The notes beneath the pieces are model-generated. The model ran no database searches. It was not told the DNA's origin and saw nothing but the letters and a program-made list of their open reading frames with translations. From Clostridia bacterium (lineage in GTDB: Bacteria > Bacillota > Clostridia > Monoglobales > Monoglobaceae): DNA of 64,000 nucleotides. A program made the position numbers and the translations under genes. Below, in pieces: positions 1 through 10,042 of the stretch. Location of the stretch: positions 84,501-148,500 of the forward strand of contig JAZRNM010000030.1 in NCBI GenBank assembly GCA_045648205.1. Reading direction: 5' to 3'. Position 1 is the stretch's first letter; each line of letters opens with the position of its first letter.

Positions 1-268
1 CCAAAATTCCAAGAGCAATGGGCAAATCAAAATGTGCCCCCTCCTTTTTCACGTCAGCAGGGGCAAGATTCACGGTTATCCTTTTTGATGGCACCACCAG
101 TTTTGAATTTTTAATTGCCGCTCTGATTCTCTCCTTGGATTCCTTAACTGCCGCATCAGGAAGTCCAACAATGTCAAACCCCGGCAGCCCGTTTGAAATA
201 TCCGTTTCAACATCAACGATATATCCATCAATTCCGCAGAGAGCGGTGCTTTTCAGCATAGATATCAC
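1..268 (-). CDS. comM: YifB/ComM family Mg-chelatase-like ATPase, N-terminal fragment (gene runs off the left edge of the window)
   Basis: My reverse-strand translation from GTG 268 gives [89 protein letters not shown]. This is the canonical Lon-like N-domain of YifB/ComM. GAGGG lies 6 nt upstream of the GTG; ATG 259 is an alternative start. It is absent from the ORF track because no stop falls inside the window. Confidence 0.7.
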   Translation of the reverse strand, partial: MISMLKSTALCGIDGYIVDVETDISNGLPGFDIVGLPDAAVKESKERIRAAIKNSKLVVPSKRITVNLAPADVKKEGAHFDLPIALGIL

Positions 269-288
269 AGCAATCCCTCTCAATCAAA

Positions 289-1026
289 TTATTTTATAGT
301 TCTCTGTCTCACAACCTCATACATCATAACACCTGCTGCAACCGATGCATTCAGCGACTCGGTTTTCCCAAGCATTGGAATTTTAACAAGAAAATCGCAC
401 TTTTCACGAACAAGACGGCTTATGCCCTCGCCCTCACTTCCAATAACAATTCCCGTTGAACCTTTCATATCGCAGTCATAAATCGGCATACTGCCTTCAA
501 GAGCTGTGCCCACAATCCAGAGTCCTTTTTTCTGGAGGTCTTCAATACAGCTTGCAACATTGGTGCATCTGGCAACCATTGTGTGTTCAACAGCTCCCGC
601 CGAAACCTTTGCAACTGTTGCATTAAGTCCAACACTTCTGTTCTTTGGAATAATCACGCCGTGAGCTCCTGCCGCATTGGCAGTTCTTATGATGCTTCCA
701 AGGTTATGTGGGTCCGTCAGCCCCTCTGCAATAATAACAAAGGGCTTTTCGCAACGCTTCTCCGCCAGATTCAGAATGTCATCGATTTGAACATAGTCGT
801 GTACCGCAGCAAAAACAAGAACCCCCTGATGATTTCCGCCATCTGACAATTCATCAAGCTTTTGCTTGCTGACCACCTGATATCTTATTCCGCGTTTTTT
901 TGCCGCTGCCGTAATCTGGGCAAGTTTGCTGTGTCTGACCCCTTCCTGAACAAAAAGCTTGTCAACCTCTCTGTCTGAACTAAAGACCTCAAGAACAGGA
1001 TTGGTTCCATATATTCTATCTTCCAT
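289..1026 (-). CDS. rlmB: 23S rRNA (guanosine-2'-O)-methyltransferase RlmB (SpoU/TrmH family)
   Basis: 245-aa ORF with the SpoU methylase core (GLTDPHNLGSIIRTANAAGAHGVII; C-terminal ESLNASVAAGVMMYE) and the N-terminal substrate-binding domain typical of RlmB/YacO. Confidence 0.85.
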   Translation of the reverse strand: MEDRIYGTNPVLEVFSSDREVDKLFVQEGVRHSKLAQITAAAKKRGIRYQVVSKQKLDELSDGGNHQGVLVFAAVHDYVQIDDILNLAEKRCEKPFVIIAEGLTDPHNLGSIIRTANAAGAHGVIIPKNRSVGLNATVAKVSAGAVEHTMVARCTNVASCIEDLQKKGLWIVGTALEGSMPIYDCDMKGSTGIVIGSEGEGISRLVREKCDFLVKIPMLGKTESLNASVAAGVMMYEVVRQRTIK

Positions 1027-1223
1027 TTTTATATCTCCATATCTTATAGTTATACATTATTCATTTTATCATATATGGCATCAAAAGGCAATAAAAATTT
1101 TCCGTTATTTCCTTGTGACACCAATCGACATATTAATTGTTTTCAAAACTCTTGACCAATGACCAAAAATGATGTATTATATATTATGTAATTTTGTGTT
1201 TTAACAAGACAGGAGGAAAGACA

Positions 1224-1577
1224 ATGAGTGCTGAAATCAAAAACGAAAAAGGTACCATAAGCATCTCCAATGCAGTTATCGCAAAGCTGGCAGGCTACAC
1301 CGCAACTCAATGCTATGGTGTTGTTGGTATGTGCGCACGAAACAGCAAGGATGGAATTGCAAGCCTTCTCAAAAAAGAAAATATGGACAAAGGTGTCAGG
1401 GTAAAAACCGATGACGGAGTCATCGAAATCACCCTTTTCATCATCGTTGAATATGGCCTGAACATAGGAACAATCGGCGAAACAATCCGCAGCAATGTAA
1501 AATATAATCTTGAAAAATTTCTTGGTATGGATATTTCTTCCGTACAGGTGAATGTTGAGAGTGTCCGTGTTGAGTAA
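1224..1577 (+). CDS. Asp23/Gls24 family envelope stress protein (YloU-like)
   Basis: The translation MSAEIKNEKGTISISNAVIAKLAGYTATQCYGVVGM... is a typical Asp23 (DUF322) protein. I prefer ATG 1224, preceded by ACAGGAGGAAAG, over the track start at 1194. It sits directly upstream of the DAK2 gene, as in the yloU-yloV pair. Confidence 0.85.
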   Translation: MSAEIKNEKGTISISNAVIAKLAGYTATQCYGVVGMCARNSKDGIASLLKKENMDKGVRVKTDDGVIEITLFIIVEYGLNIGTIGETIRSNVKYNLEKFLGMDISSVQVNVESVRVE

Positions 1578-1595
1578 TCTCGCACAGTTTATGAG

Positions 1596-3245
1596 GTGAT
1601 TGAATTGAACAATTTAGATACATCAATGCTGCGTCTGATGATTGCATCAGCCTCAGCAAACCTGAAAAACAATCGCAAACTTATTGACGATTTGAACATT
1701 TTCCCCGTCCCCGACGGTGACACAGGAACAAATATGGGTCTGACCTGTGGCGGAGCCGCAAGTCAGACCCTGGCTGAAGACCTTTCTGGTTGTGGAAAGC
1801 TCTTGTCAAAGCTTGCATCCGCATCTCTTCGCAATGCAAGAGGCAATTCGGGTGTAATCCTTTCTCAGATTATCCGTGGTTTTGCAAAGGGTGTTGAAAG
1901 CAAAGACGAGCTCAGCGCCTCAGACCTCAAGGATGCCCTTGTTTCTGCAAAGGCAACCGCTTATCGTGCGGTTATGAAGCCCACAGAGGGTACAATTCTC
2001 ACAGTAATCCGTCAAATGGCAGAATTTGCCGAGGAGCATTTCTCTGAATTTGAAAATGCCGGTGATTTTCTCCGTTCAGTTCTGAACGCAGGTGAAGAAA
2101 GTCTCAAAGGCACAACCGAGCTTCTCCCCGCCCTCAAAAAAGCAGGAGTTGTGGACGCCGGCGGAAAAGGTCTTGTGACACTTTTCGAAGGTGCGGTTTA
2201 TGTCCTTGACCACGGCAAAGCTATGGAATGTGAAGTTCCCACAGAGGCTCCCGCTCCGGCCACCGCAGTCGCAGCAACCGAAGACGTTGACATCAAGTTT
2301 TTATATTGCACAGAGTTTATAATAAACAAAACCTCTGACCGCAAAATAACACAATTCCAAACCGCAATTGCCGAAAAAGGCGATTGTATGCTTGTAATTG
2401 AAGACGACGAAATTGTCAAGGTTCACATTCACACAAACCACCCCGGTTTTGTGCTTGAACAAGCAATCAAGCTTGGTGAACTGACCAATCTGAAAATAGA
2501 AAATATGAAATATCAGCACAGCGAAAAGCTTGAAAATTCAAGTGAGCCAACGCCCGAGGTCAAAGATGAAACTCCCAAAACCCCCGAGAAAAAATACGGT
2601 TTTGCTGCAGTTTCAGCAGGCGATGGGCTTTCAGAGCTCTTCCGTTCTCTGGGTGCAGATGAAATAATCCAGGGCGGTCAGACAATGAACCCCAGCACTC
2701 AGGACCTTTTGAATGCTGTGGAAAAAATTTCAGCAGAAGTAGTTTTCATTCTCCCCAACAACAAGAACATAATTCTTGCAGCCGAGCAGGTCGCTCCCCT
2801 GACCGAAAAAACGGTTGTGGTTATTCCAACCGTGAACATTCCTCAGGGCATTTCAGCAATGACCGCATTTGATGAGGGAATGAGTCTGGAAGACAACAAG
2901 AATGCAATGACAGAGTTCATTGAATATGTCTCCTGCGGTCAGGTTACCTTTGCCGCTCGCGACACCGTTCTTGACGGCATGGAAATCCATCTTGGTGATT
3001 GTCTTGCAGTTTGTGAAAAAGATATAATCGCTGTCACAAGCACTCCCGAAGAGTCCGCTCTCAAAATCGCAGAACAGCTCGTGAATGACGAGTCAGGAGT
3101 TATCACTGTTTATTACGGCGAAGAAACCACCAAAGAAGATGCTGATAGGCTGATTGCTCAGCTCGAACAACGTTTTTGTGATTTGGACATCTCCTTGTGT
3201 TATGGCGGACAGCCTGTGTATTATTATATTATCTCAGTAGAATAA
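1596..3245 (+). CDS. DAK2 domain-containing protein YloV
   Basis: 549-aa ORF with the DAK2 motif FPVPDGDTGTNM near the N-terminus and a DegV-like C-terminal part. It shows conserved yloU-yloV-recG synteny. The start is uncertain (GTG 1596, TTG 1605 or ATG 1626). Confidence 0.85.
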   Translation: MIELNNLDTSMLRLMIASASANLKNNRKLIDDLNIFPVPDGDTGTNMGLTCGGAASQTLAEDLSGCGKLLSKLASASLRNARGNSGVILSQIIRGFAKGVESKDELSASDLKDALVSAKATAYRAVMKPTEGTILTVIRQMAEFAEEHFSEFENAGDFLRSVLNAGEESLKGTTELLPALKKAGVVDAGGKGLVTLFEGAVYVLDHGKAMECEVPTEAPAPATAVAATEDVDIKFLYCTEFIINKTSDRKITQFQTAIAEKGDCMLVIEDDEIVKVHIHTNHPGFVLEQAIKLGELTNLKIENMKYQHSEKLENSSEPTPEVKDETPKTPEKKYGFAAVSAGDGLSELFRSLGADEIIQGGQTMNPSTQDLLNAVEKISAEVVFILPNNKNIILAAEQVAPLTEKTVVVIPTVNIPQGISAMTAFDEGMSLEDNKNAMTEFIEYVSCGQVTFAARDTVLDGMEIHLGDCLAVCEKDIIAVTSTPEESALKIAEQLVNDESGVITVYYGEETTKEDADRLIAQLEQRFCDLDISLCYGGQPVYYYIISVE

Positions 3246-3300
3246 CAAGAATCCCGAAACAGCACGCAAGTGCTGTTTCATTAGCATTGGAGCAAAAGTT

Positions 3301-5352
3301 ATGAACAATAACACCCCCATACAGTTTATAAAAGGCATAGGCGAAGCCCGTGCCAAGCTTTTTGCAAAGCTTGGCATAGCAACCGTCCAGGACCTTCTCT
3401 TTCACTTTCCGCGAAGTCTTGAGGATCGCTCTGAAATCAAAGCCATCTCTGACCTTATGGACGGTGAAACAGTATGTGTGTGCGGAAGTCTTGCAAGTGA
3501 AGTCAAAACCTATCGTGGCCGAGGCAGAAAATCTGTCACCCAGGTCAAGGTCAGTGACGGGAGCAGCATAATGCGAATAAGTTGGTTCAATGCACCATAT
3601 ATTAATACAATGCTGAAAAGTGGCTCGGAATTCACATTTTACGGAAAAGCCGAATACAAGGGCAATTATTTTGAAATGATAAACCCCGTAACCGAGGTAA
3701 ATTCCACTGCCACCAAAAAAACAGGCAGAATTTTGCCCGTCTACCCCCTAACCGCAGGGCTGACTCAAACTCACATCAGAAATGCAACAGAATGTGCATT
3801 GAAGGATTTAGACGGCACTCTCCCCGACATTCTTCCCTCAAATCTTTGCGAAGAATATGGTTTCAAGCCAATGCTTGAATCACTCTCTGACCTACACTTG
3901 CCAAAAAACTATGAGGATTTTGAAAACGCAAGGCAACGTTTTGCCTTTGAAGAATTATTGGTGCTTCAGGCAGGAATACGCCTTTTGGGAGATGAACGGA
4001 AAAATTTTTCTGCCGTGCCCATAAAAAATGTAAAAAGCATAAAAAACTTTGCACAAAAGCTCCCCTTTGAATTGACAAATGCCCAGAAACGGGTAATAAA
4101 CGAAATCTGTGCCGATATTCAAAAAACCACACCAATGAACCGCCTGGTTCAGGGCGACGTTGGTTCAGGAAAAACAATGGTGGCAGCAGCGGCAATGTAT
4201 GCTGTGGCAAACAACGGGTATCAGGCTGTTCTGATGGCACCCACCGAAATCTTAGCCATTCAGCACTACAACAATCTCAAAAAACTGTTTGCGGAGTTTG
4301 GGTTTGAAACAGCGCTTCTCTGTGGCAGCATGTTCGCGTCTGCAAAGCGTGATGCAAAACAAAAAATCAAAGACGGCGCCGCACAAATAATAATCGGCAC
4401 CCATGCTCTCATAACCAATGACGTGACTTTCAAAAATGCCACATTGGTAATAACCGACGAGCAACATCGTTTTGGTGTCCGTCAAAGACTTGCCCTCACC
4501 GAAAAAGGTCTGAAAGCCCACACCCTTGTTATGACCGCAACACCCATTCCCCGAACTCTTTCTTTGATTTTGTATGGGGACCTTGACATTTCAGTGATTG
4601 ATGAGCTGCCCCCCGGCAGAAAACAAATCGAAACCTATTCGGTGACAGAAAAGATGCGCAAAAGAGTTTATGAATTCCTTCGCAAAAACGTCGCTGAGGG
4701 CAGGCAAGCATATGCAGTATGTCCCCTCATTGAAGACTCTGAAGTGTTATCAGCCAAATCCGCCATCGAATATGCAGAGAAGCTGAAAAACATCTTTCCT
4801 GACCTTTCGATTGCAGTAATGCACGGAAAACTGAAGGGCAGCGAACGAAGTGAAATTATGCAAAGCTTTTCCTCAGGCAAGATAGACATTCTGGTGTCAA
4901 CCACCGTAATCGAGGTGGGAGTTGACGTGCCGAATGCCACCATTATGCTGATTGAAAACGCAGAGCGATTTGGGCTTTCCCAGCTTCATCAGCTACGTGG
5001 CAGAATTGGCAGAGGTGCTCACGCATCTTATTGCATAATGTTTTCAGAAGGCGGCAAAATTTCTGACCAACGAATGAAAATAATGTGCGAAACAAGTGAC
5101 GGCTTCAAAATTTCCGAAAAGGATTTGGAGCTTCGTGGTCCCGGTGAATTTTTCGGCATCCGTCAGCACGGGCTCCCCGAACTGAAGGTTGCCAACCTTT
5201 CAACAGATATGTATCTTTTATCCCGGGCAAAGGACGCAGCAGAAAAAATTCTGTCATCAGACCCGACTTTGCAAAAGCCTGAGCACAAGAACCTCAAGGA
5301 CAAAATCTATTCCAAATTCCTTGAGGTATCAGAAAATGGAGTTTTAAATTGA
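3301..5352 (+). CDS. recG: ATP-dependent DNA helicase RecG
   Basis: 683 aa with a wedge domain plus SF2 helicase motifs (GDVGSGKT, DEQHRFG, TATPIPRT, HQLRGRIGRG). Confidence 0.95.
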   Translation: MNNNTPIQFIKGIGEARAKLFAKLGIATVQDLLFHFPRSLEDRSEIKAISDLMDGETVCVCGSLASEVKTYRGRGRKSVTQVKVSDGSSIMRISWFNAPYINTMLKSGSEFTFYGKAEYKGNYFEMINPVTEVNSTATKKTGRILPVYPLTAGLTQTHIRNATECALKDLDGTLPDILPSNLCEEYGFKPMLESLSDLHLPKNYEDFENARQRFAFEELLVLQAGIRLLGDERKNFSAVPIKNVKSIKNFAQKLPFELTNAQKRVINEICADIQKTTPMNRLVQGDVGSGKTMVAAAAMYAVANNGYQAVLMAPTEILAIQHYNNLKKLFAEFGFETALLCGSMFASAKRDAKQKIKDGAAQIIIGTHALITNDVTFKNATLVITDEQHRFGVRQRLALTEKGLKAHTLVMTATPIPRTLSLILYGDLDISVIDELPPGRKQIETYSVTEKMRKRVYEFLRKNVAEGRQAYAVCPLIEDSEVLSAKSAIEYAEKLKNIFPDLSIAVMHGKLKGSERSEIMQSFSSGKIDILVSTTVIEVGVDVPNATIMLIENAERFGLSQLHQLRGRIGRGAHASYCIMFSEGGKISDQRMKIMCETSDGFKISEKDLELRGPGEFFGIRQHGLPELKVANLSTDMYLLSRAKDAAEKILSSDPTLQKPEHKNLKDKIYSKFLEVSENGVLN

Positions 5353-5376
5353 TTAAAAACATGGAGGTAGGATTTT

Positions 5377-5955
5377 ATGAACATATGTGTTTATGGAGCA
5401 TCAAGTGACCTTATTGACAAAGAATATATAAACGCAGGAGAACAGCTTGGCGAAGAAATGGCAAAGCGCGGACATTCACTGATTTTCGGTGGCGGTGCTT
5501 GCGGTCTTATGGGTGCAGTTGCTCGTGGTATGACAAAAGGCGGTGGAAAAATCGTTGGCATAGCCCCATCATTTTTCAATGTTGATGGCATTCTCTATGA
5601 CAAATGCACCGACTTCATATTCACCGAAACAATGCGTGAACGCAAGCAAACCATGGAGAATATGGCAGATGCCTTCATTATGACTCCGGGCGGCGTGGGT
5701 ACCTATGAAGAATTTTTTGAAATATTCACCCTGAAACAGCTTGGCCGTCACAGCAAAGCAATAGCCATACTCAACACTATGGGCTATTATGACACGCTCT
5801 CTGTGCTTATGCAAAGCACCTGTGACAAAAACTTTATGAAGACCGAATCCCTGAGCCTTTCCCAAACCTTCACAGATGCAGACAGTCTGCTTGACTATCT
5901 TGAAGGCTATGTCCCAACAGATGTAAACATCCAAGATATGAAACATTTGAAATAA
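5377..5955 (+). CDS. LOG family protein (TIGR00730 Rossmann fold; nucleotide 5'-monophosphate nucleosidase-like)
   Basis: 192 aa with the LOG motifs GGGxxGLMG and PGGxGTxEE (TPGGVGTYEEFFE). Confidence 0.85.
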   Translation: MNICVYGASSDLIDKEYINAGEQLGEEMAKRGHSLIFGGGACGLMGAVARGMTKGGGKIVGIAPSFFNVDGILYDKCTDFIFTETMRERKQTMENMADAFIMTPGGVGTYEEFFEIFTLKQLGRHSKAIAILNTMGYYDTLSVLMQSTCDKNFMKTESLSLSQTFTDADSLLDYLEGYVPTDVNIQDMKHLK

Positions 5956-5962
5956 TTTCCCG

Positions 5963-5992
5963 TGGCTACAGAAAATTCTGTAGCCATTGTTA
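5963..5992 (+). terminator. Hairpin after the LOG gene (weak U-tract)
   Basis: TGGCTACAG-aaaatt-CTGTAGCCA forms a 9-bp stem. It is followed by TTGTTA. Confidence 0.45.
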
Positions 5993-6078
5993 ATAATTTA
6001 AGAACAATTTTCAACAAAGATTGCTTTTTGAAATTCACTATGATATAATTTAACTATGAAATACTTTTATCTTTCGAG

Positions 6079-7332
6079 GTGACAACAATGCAAGAACTTC
6101 AAACAAAAGGCGCTTTGGCAAAAGAGTCGGCATCAGCCTTAGCAACAGCATCTGCCGACACAAAAAATGCCGCATTGCATAAAATTGCAGAAGCCTTCTC
6201 TTTGAATATGACATACATACTTTCCGAGAACCAAAAGGACATTGAATCTGCGCAGAAAAACGGATTGAATGAAGGTTTGATTGACCGTCTGACTCTAACC
6301 CGCGAACGCGTAGACGCAATGGCAGAAGGAATCAAACAAATAGCCAAGCTTCCCGACCCAATCGGAGAAGTGGTTTCAGAATTCAATCGTCCCAACGGGC
6401 TCAATATACGGGAAATACGAGTTCCTTTGGGTGTAGTTGGCATAATTTATGAAGCACGCCCCAATGTCACCGCAGATGCCGCAGCGCTTTGCATAAAGTC
6501 AGGAAATGCGTGCATCCTCCGTTGCGGAAAAGAAGCACACAAATCAAGTATGGCAATCACCACTGTGATTAGAAACGCATTAAGCGATGCAGGGCTTCCG
6601 TCAGATTGTGTGAACCTGGTTGAAGACACCTCCCGTGAGAGTGCTTTGGCACTGATGAAGCTCAATGACTATCTGGATGTCATAATCCCCCGTGGCGGTG
6701 CAGGACTAATCCGCAGTGTTGTTGAAAATGCCACAGTCCCCGCAATTGAAACAGGAACAGGAAACTGCCACATCTTTGTTGACGAAAGTGCCGACCTTGA
6801 TATGGCGGAAAAAATCATTATCAATGCAAAAACCTCACGGCCATCTGTGTGCAATGCCGAAGAAAAGCTCCTTGTCCACAAGGACATTGCAAGCAGCTTT
6901 TTGCCACGCATTTTGAAGGCTTTGAGTGAAAAATCTGTTGAAATCATTGGCGACGAAACGGTTTGCAGCATTTTCCCCTCAGCAACTCCTGCAATCGACG
7001 ATGATTGGGCAAGAGAATATCTTGACCTGAAAATTGGTGTCAAGATTGTTGATTGTCTTGACGACGCCATCAGCCATATAAACAAATATAACAGCCGGCA
7101 CTCCGAGGCAATCATAACAAACAACGATGAAAATGCTCAGAAATTTTTGAATTCTGTTGATGCGGCGGCGGTTTATGTGAATGCATCCACCCGTTTCACA
7201 GACGGCTTTGAGTTTGGCTTTGGAGCAGAAATCGGCATAAGCACCCAAAAAATCCACGCAAGAGGGCCAATGGGTCTGAAAGCACTGACCACCATAAAAT
7301 ATACCATACACGGAGACGGACAAATCCGCTGA
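6079..7332 (+). CDS. proA: Glutamate-5-semialdehyde dehydrogenase (gamma-glutamyl phosphate reductase)
   Basis: 417 aa, full-length ProA-like aldehyde dehydrogenase fold (IYEARPNVTADAAALCIKSGNACILRCGKEA; catalytic SVCNAEEKLLVH). No proB is adjacent. Confidence 0.93.
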   Translation: MTTMQELQTKGALAKESASALATASADTKNAALHKIAEAFSLNMTYILSENQKDIESAQKNGLNEGLIDRLTLTRERVDAMAEGIKQIAKLPDPIGEVVSEFNRPNGLNIREIRVPLGVVGIIYEARPNVTADAAALCIKSGNACILRCGKEAHKSSMAITTVIRNALSDAGLPSDCVNLVEDTSRESALALMKLNDYLDVIIPRGGAGLIRSVVENATVPAIETGTGNCHIFVDESADLDMAEKIIINAKTSRPSVCNAEEKLLVHKDIASSFLPRILKALSEKSVEIIGDETVCSIFPSATPAIDDDWAREYLDLKIGVKIVDCLDDAISHINKYNSRHSEAIITNNDENAQKFLNSVDAAAVYVNASTRFTDGFEFGFGAEIGISTQKIHARGPMGLKALTTIKYTIHGDGQIR

Positions 7333-7360
7333 GGCACAGAAAAACGAAAGGAATTTTCAA

Positions 7361-8035
7361 ATGGAACAAGAACTCAAACGAGCCTTTCTGGCTCAGATAA
7401 ATATACCCGAAGACACAGGCGCCATCTTTGCCGACTTTGCTCATCAGTTTGAAGAGCTTTTGATGATTTATCAATGTGCAATCCAGGAGGTTACCACCAA
7501 GCTCGAGGTTTTGAGCCGCGAGATGTCTGTGCGTCACAACCGAAATCCCATTGAAACCGTCAAATACCGCATAAAAAAGCCAAAGAGCATTGCAGAAAAG
7601 CTTATGCGCAACAACCACCCCATCACTCTCGAAGCCATCTCCAAACACCTTAATGACGTTGCAGGCGTAAGAGTCATCTGTTCATTCATTGACGACATTT
7701 ACACCGTCGCAAATATGCTCACTCGTCAGGACGACATAAAGCTGGTGTCGGTCAAGGACTACATCAAAAACCCCAAAGAAAACGGTTATCGGAGCTATCA
7801 TATGATTATCGAAATCCCCGTTTTCTTCTCAGACGTGAAGCAACCCGTCAAGGTTGAGATTCAGATCCGCACAATCGCAATGGACTTCTGGGCAAGCCTT
7901 GAACATCAGGTGAAATACAAAAAGGACGTCCCCAGTGCAGAGGAAATCCAAAGCCGCCTGAAAAAATGTGCCGATGTAATCGCCGCAACAGATGAGGAAA
8001 TGCAGAATATTGCCCAGCATATCAACATTGTTTAA
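7361..8035 (+). CDS. Small alarmone synthetase (RelQ/RelP-type GTP pyrophosphokinase)
   Basis: 224 aa consisting only of a RelA/SpoT synthetase domain (NDVAGVRVICSF, GYRSYHMIIE, EIQIRTIAMDFWASLEH). Confidence 0.85.
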   Translation: MEQELKRAFLAQINIPEDTGAIFADFAHQFEELLMIYQCAIQEVTTKLEVLSREMSVRHNRNPIETVKYRIKKPKSIAEKLMRNNHPITLEAISKHLNDVAGVRVICSFIDDIYTVANMLTRQDDIKLVSVKDYIKNPKENGYRSYHMIIEIPVFFSDVKQPVKVEIQIRTIAMDFWASLEHQVKYKKDVPSAEEIQSRLKKCADVIAATDEEMQNIAQHINIV

Positions 8036-8037
8036 AA

Positions 8038-8066
8038 ATAAAACCCGCATCAAATGCGGGTTTTTC
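8038..8066. terminator. Bidirectional intrinsic terminator
   Basis: AAACCCGCAT-caa-ATGCGGGTTT is flanked by an A-run and a T-run. The stop codon of the convergent gene (8050) lies in the loop. Confidence 0.8.
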
Positions 8067-8835
8067 TTTTTGCCTCAATATAGCCATCTTTTAGTATCAA
8101 ATCATTTTTCGGTGTTCCTTTTTTTGCCCGGCCACCAATAATTTCGAACCTGCCCTGACCCCCTTCATATATGCATTCATATCCCAGAAATGCCCTGAGG
8201 ATGCGGTCTGCCTCACAAACTGTCATATTTTCATTAACAGTAAAATCCAGAGGCTTCGGCGCTTCCCAATATTTCCCCACCACTTGAGATTTTGCGTTTT
8301 TATAAAGCTCATCAAAATTCTCTGCAAGAGTTTTCATCATTGACGGAACAAGATAATACACCTTTTCCATAAAGCTCTGATGGGTTTCCTCTGCATCAAG
8401 TTCAAATTCTCTCTGCAAAAGAATATCTCCCGCATCAAACTCCTCTGTGATTTTGTGAACTGTGATGCCGCTCTTTTTATAACCCCTCAAAATTGTCTGT
8501 GGCATAGGCCATGCGCCTCTGCCAACGGGCAAAAGACTTGGGTGAATGTTCACTATGGGGAAATCGGTGTTCCACGGAATTTTGAAATAATATCCACCGC
8601 AAACCGCAAATTTTACCCCATTCCTTTTAAGTCTGTCTATGTCATCTTCAGTAATACGATTCATTTTGCAGGGTATCTGGTGTTTTCTTGCAAATTCACA
8701 GATTTTGAAATTAAATTCGGTCTTATTATCAGTTTCACAAGTGAAGATTTCTGCAATTTCGCACCCCGAATCAACAAGCGCTTTGAGAGCATCAAAAAAC
8801 AAATCTATCCCAATATACGCGATCCTCAAAACCAT
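8050..8835 (-). CDS. Formyltransferase family protein (Fmt/PurN-like N-domain)
   Basis: 261 aa with the Formyl_trans_N motif NIHPSLLPVGRGAWP. The substrate is unknown. Confidence 0.7.
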   Translation of the reverse strand: MVLRIAYIGIDLFFDALKALVDSGCEIAEIFTCETDNKTEFNFKICEFARKHQIPCKMNRITEDDIDRLKRNGVKFAVCGGYYFKIPWNTDFPIVNIHPSLLPVGRGAWPMPQTILRGYKKSGITVHKITEEFDAGDILLQREFELDAEETHQSFMEKVYYLVPSMMKTLAENFDELYKNAKSQVVGKYWEAPKPLDFTVNENMTVCEADRILRAFLGYECIYEGGQGRFEIIGGRAKKGTPKNDLILKDGYIEAKRKTRI

Positions 8836-9092
8836 TCACCTCGCTTGAGAAGTCCCAAAGTCACACCATTTATAATCATTGCAAGGGGAATCAGAATTCT
8901 GAATTTCATCTTTGATGTTTTATGATGAAACAGAACCATTCCCATCAAAGCACCCAAGCCACCAAGCAAAAATGCAGCAAGCACAAGAACCTGTTCGCTT
9001 ATTCTCCACTTCTTCGCCTTCGCCAAAAGCTTGTCCACACCATAGCAAAGCAAAACAACCACATTCCACAAAACAACAAAAATCTCAAACAT
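8826..9092 (-). CDS. DUF1294 family small membrane protein
   Basis: 88 aa with the pattern DKLLAKAKKWRISEQ...GGLGALMGMVLFHHKTSKMKF, typical of DUF1294. It overlaps the downstream formyltransferase start by 10 nt. Confidence 0.7.
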   Translation of the reverse strand: MFEIFVVLWNVVVLLCYGVDKLLAKAKKWRISEQVLVLAAFLLGGLGALMGMVLFHHKTSKMKFRILIPLAMIINGVTLGLLKRGEWF

Positions 9093-9151
9093 AACATAAC
9101 CCCCGCTCGGTTTCAGTTTTCTCCATTATATAACAAATTACTCTTTATGTC

Positions 9152-9181
9152 AAAAAAATATGGGCTGTATTTTTACAGCCC
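9152..9181 (-). terminator. Intrinsic terminator of the SSB-like gene
   Basis: On the minus strand, GGGCTGT-aaaaat-ACAGCCC is followed by ATATTTTTTT. Confidence 0.7.
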
Positions 9182-9191
9182 CAAAAAACAT

Positions 9192-9839
9192 TTATTCAAC
9201 TTCCTCTGCAAAACTTCCCACAGTTTCCAAACGGGACACCGAAACTTCGAATGCGGTTTTGCTTTCAACCTCTGTGTCGCTGAGCCGTTTTTGATATTCT
9301 CTGCTTTGAATTCTGCCTCTTATCACCACATTGTCCCCCACATCAAGGCACTCGGCAAACTTGGCATTTCTGCCCCAGGCAATGCAGGGTATATAATCCG
9401 ACTTGTTATATGACCTGTTCACCGCCAGAAGAATATCTGCAATTTCCCTTCCAAACGGAGTCGTTCTGTAAACCGGCTTTTTGCATATGTAGCCGTTAAG
9501 ACTTATGGAATTAAGATTCCTTTCCCCCTCACCGTCTTCTCTTTCCAGATCCTTCACAAAAACTGTCAGAATCAGTCTGTTTCCAACATTGGTAAAATTG
9601 TTATATGACCTGAACTGTCCCCGGATAACGACTCTGTCACCAACAATCAATCTTCCGCCTGCAAAGAATTTTTCAGATATAGTGACCTTCACCGTGTCGT
9701 GAGTGTCGCTTAATCTTGGGGTATCCAGCATAAAAGTATAAAAAGCCTCCTCATAAACCTCGTGTGAAAACTCAGGCTCACTTGAAACAGTTCCTGCAAT
9801 AATCACTTTATTATTTTCTGCATAGCTCTCGGTATTCAA
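9192..9839 (-). CDS. Single-stranded-DNA-binding-like protein with two tandem OB folds
   Basis: 215 aa containing two similar halves. Each ends in a (V)GD(R/N)VVIRG(Q/R) beta-strand motif, as in SSB/PriB OB folds. There is no acidic SSB C-terminal tail. Confidence 0.5.
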   Translation of the reverse strand: MNTESYAENNKVIIAGTVSSEPEFSHEVYEEAFYTFMLDTPRLSDTHDTVKVTISEKFFAGGRLIVGDRVVIRGQFRSYNNFTNVGNRLILTVFVKDLEREDGEGERNLNSISLNGYICKKPVYRTTPFGREIADILLAVNRSYNKSDYIPCIAWGRNAKFAECLDVGDNVVIRGRIQSREYQKRLSDTEVESKTAFEVSVSRLETVGSFAEEVE

Positions 9840-10042
9840 AATAATCCACTCCCTAAAATTCTGGTGATGTTTTTAATATGTATAGTTCCATTATATTCAA
9901 GCTTTGGGCATTTAGAACTCCTTAAAATATCATTACCAAACAAAGCAAATCATATTCTGCCATCAAGCCAAAATTTAGGGCTTGTTATATTTTTATTTTT
10001 GTGATATACTAATATGTATTAAATCAGTCAGGATGTGAATTT

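Noticed and set aside
18-299. Track ORF of 93 aa on the plus strand at the left edge.
   Set aside because: The opposite strand encodes an unmistakable YifB/ComM N-terminal domain in the same interval. The plus-strand ORF is its antisense shadow.
3256-3279. The hairpin GAAACAGCAC-gcaa-GTGCTGTTTC after yloV as an intrinsic terminator.
   Set aside because: The 10-bp stem is perfect but no U-tract follows, and recG starts 22 nt later. It is more likely an mRNA-stabilising or processing hairpin within a yloV-recG operon, so I did not list it as a terminator.
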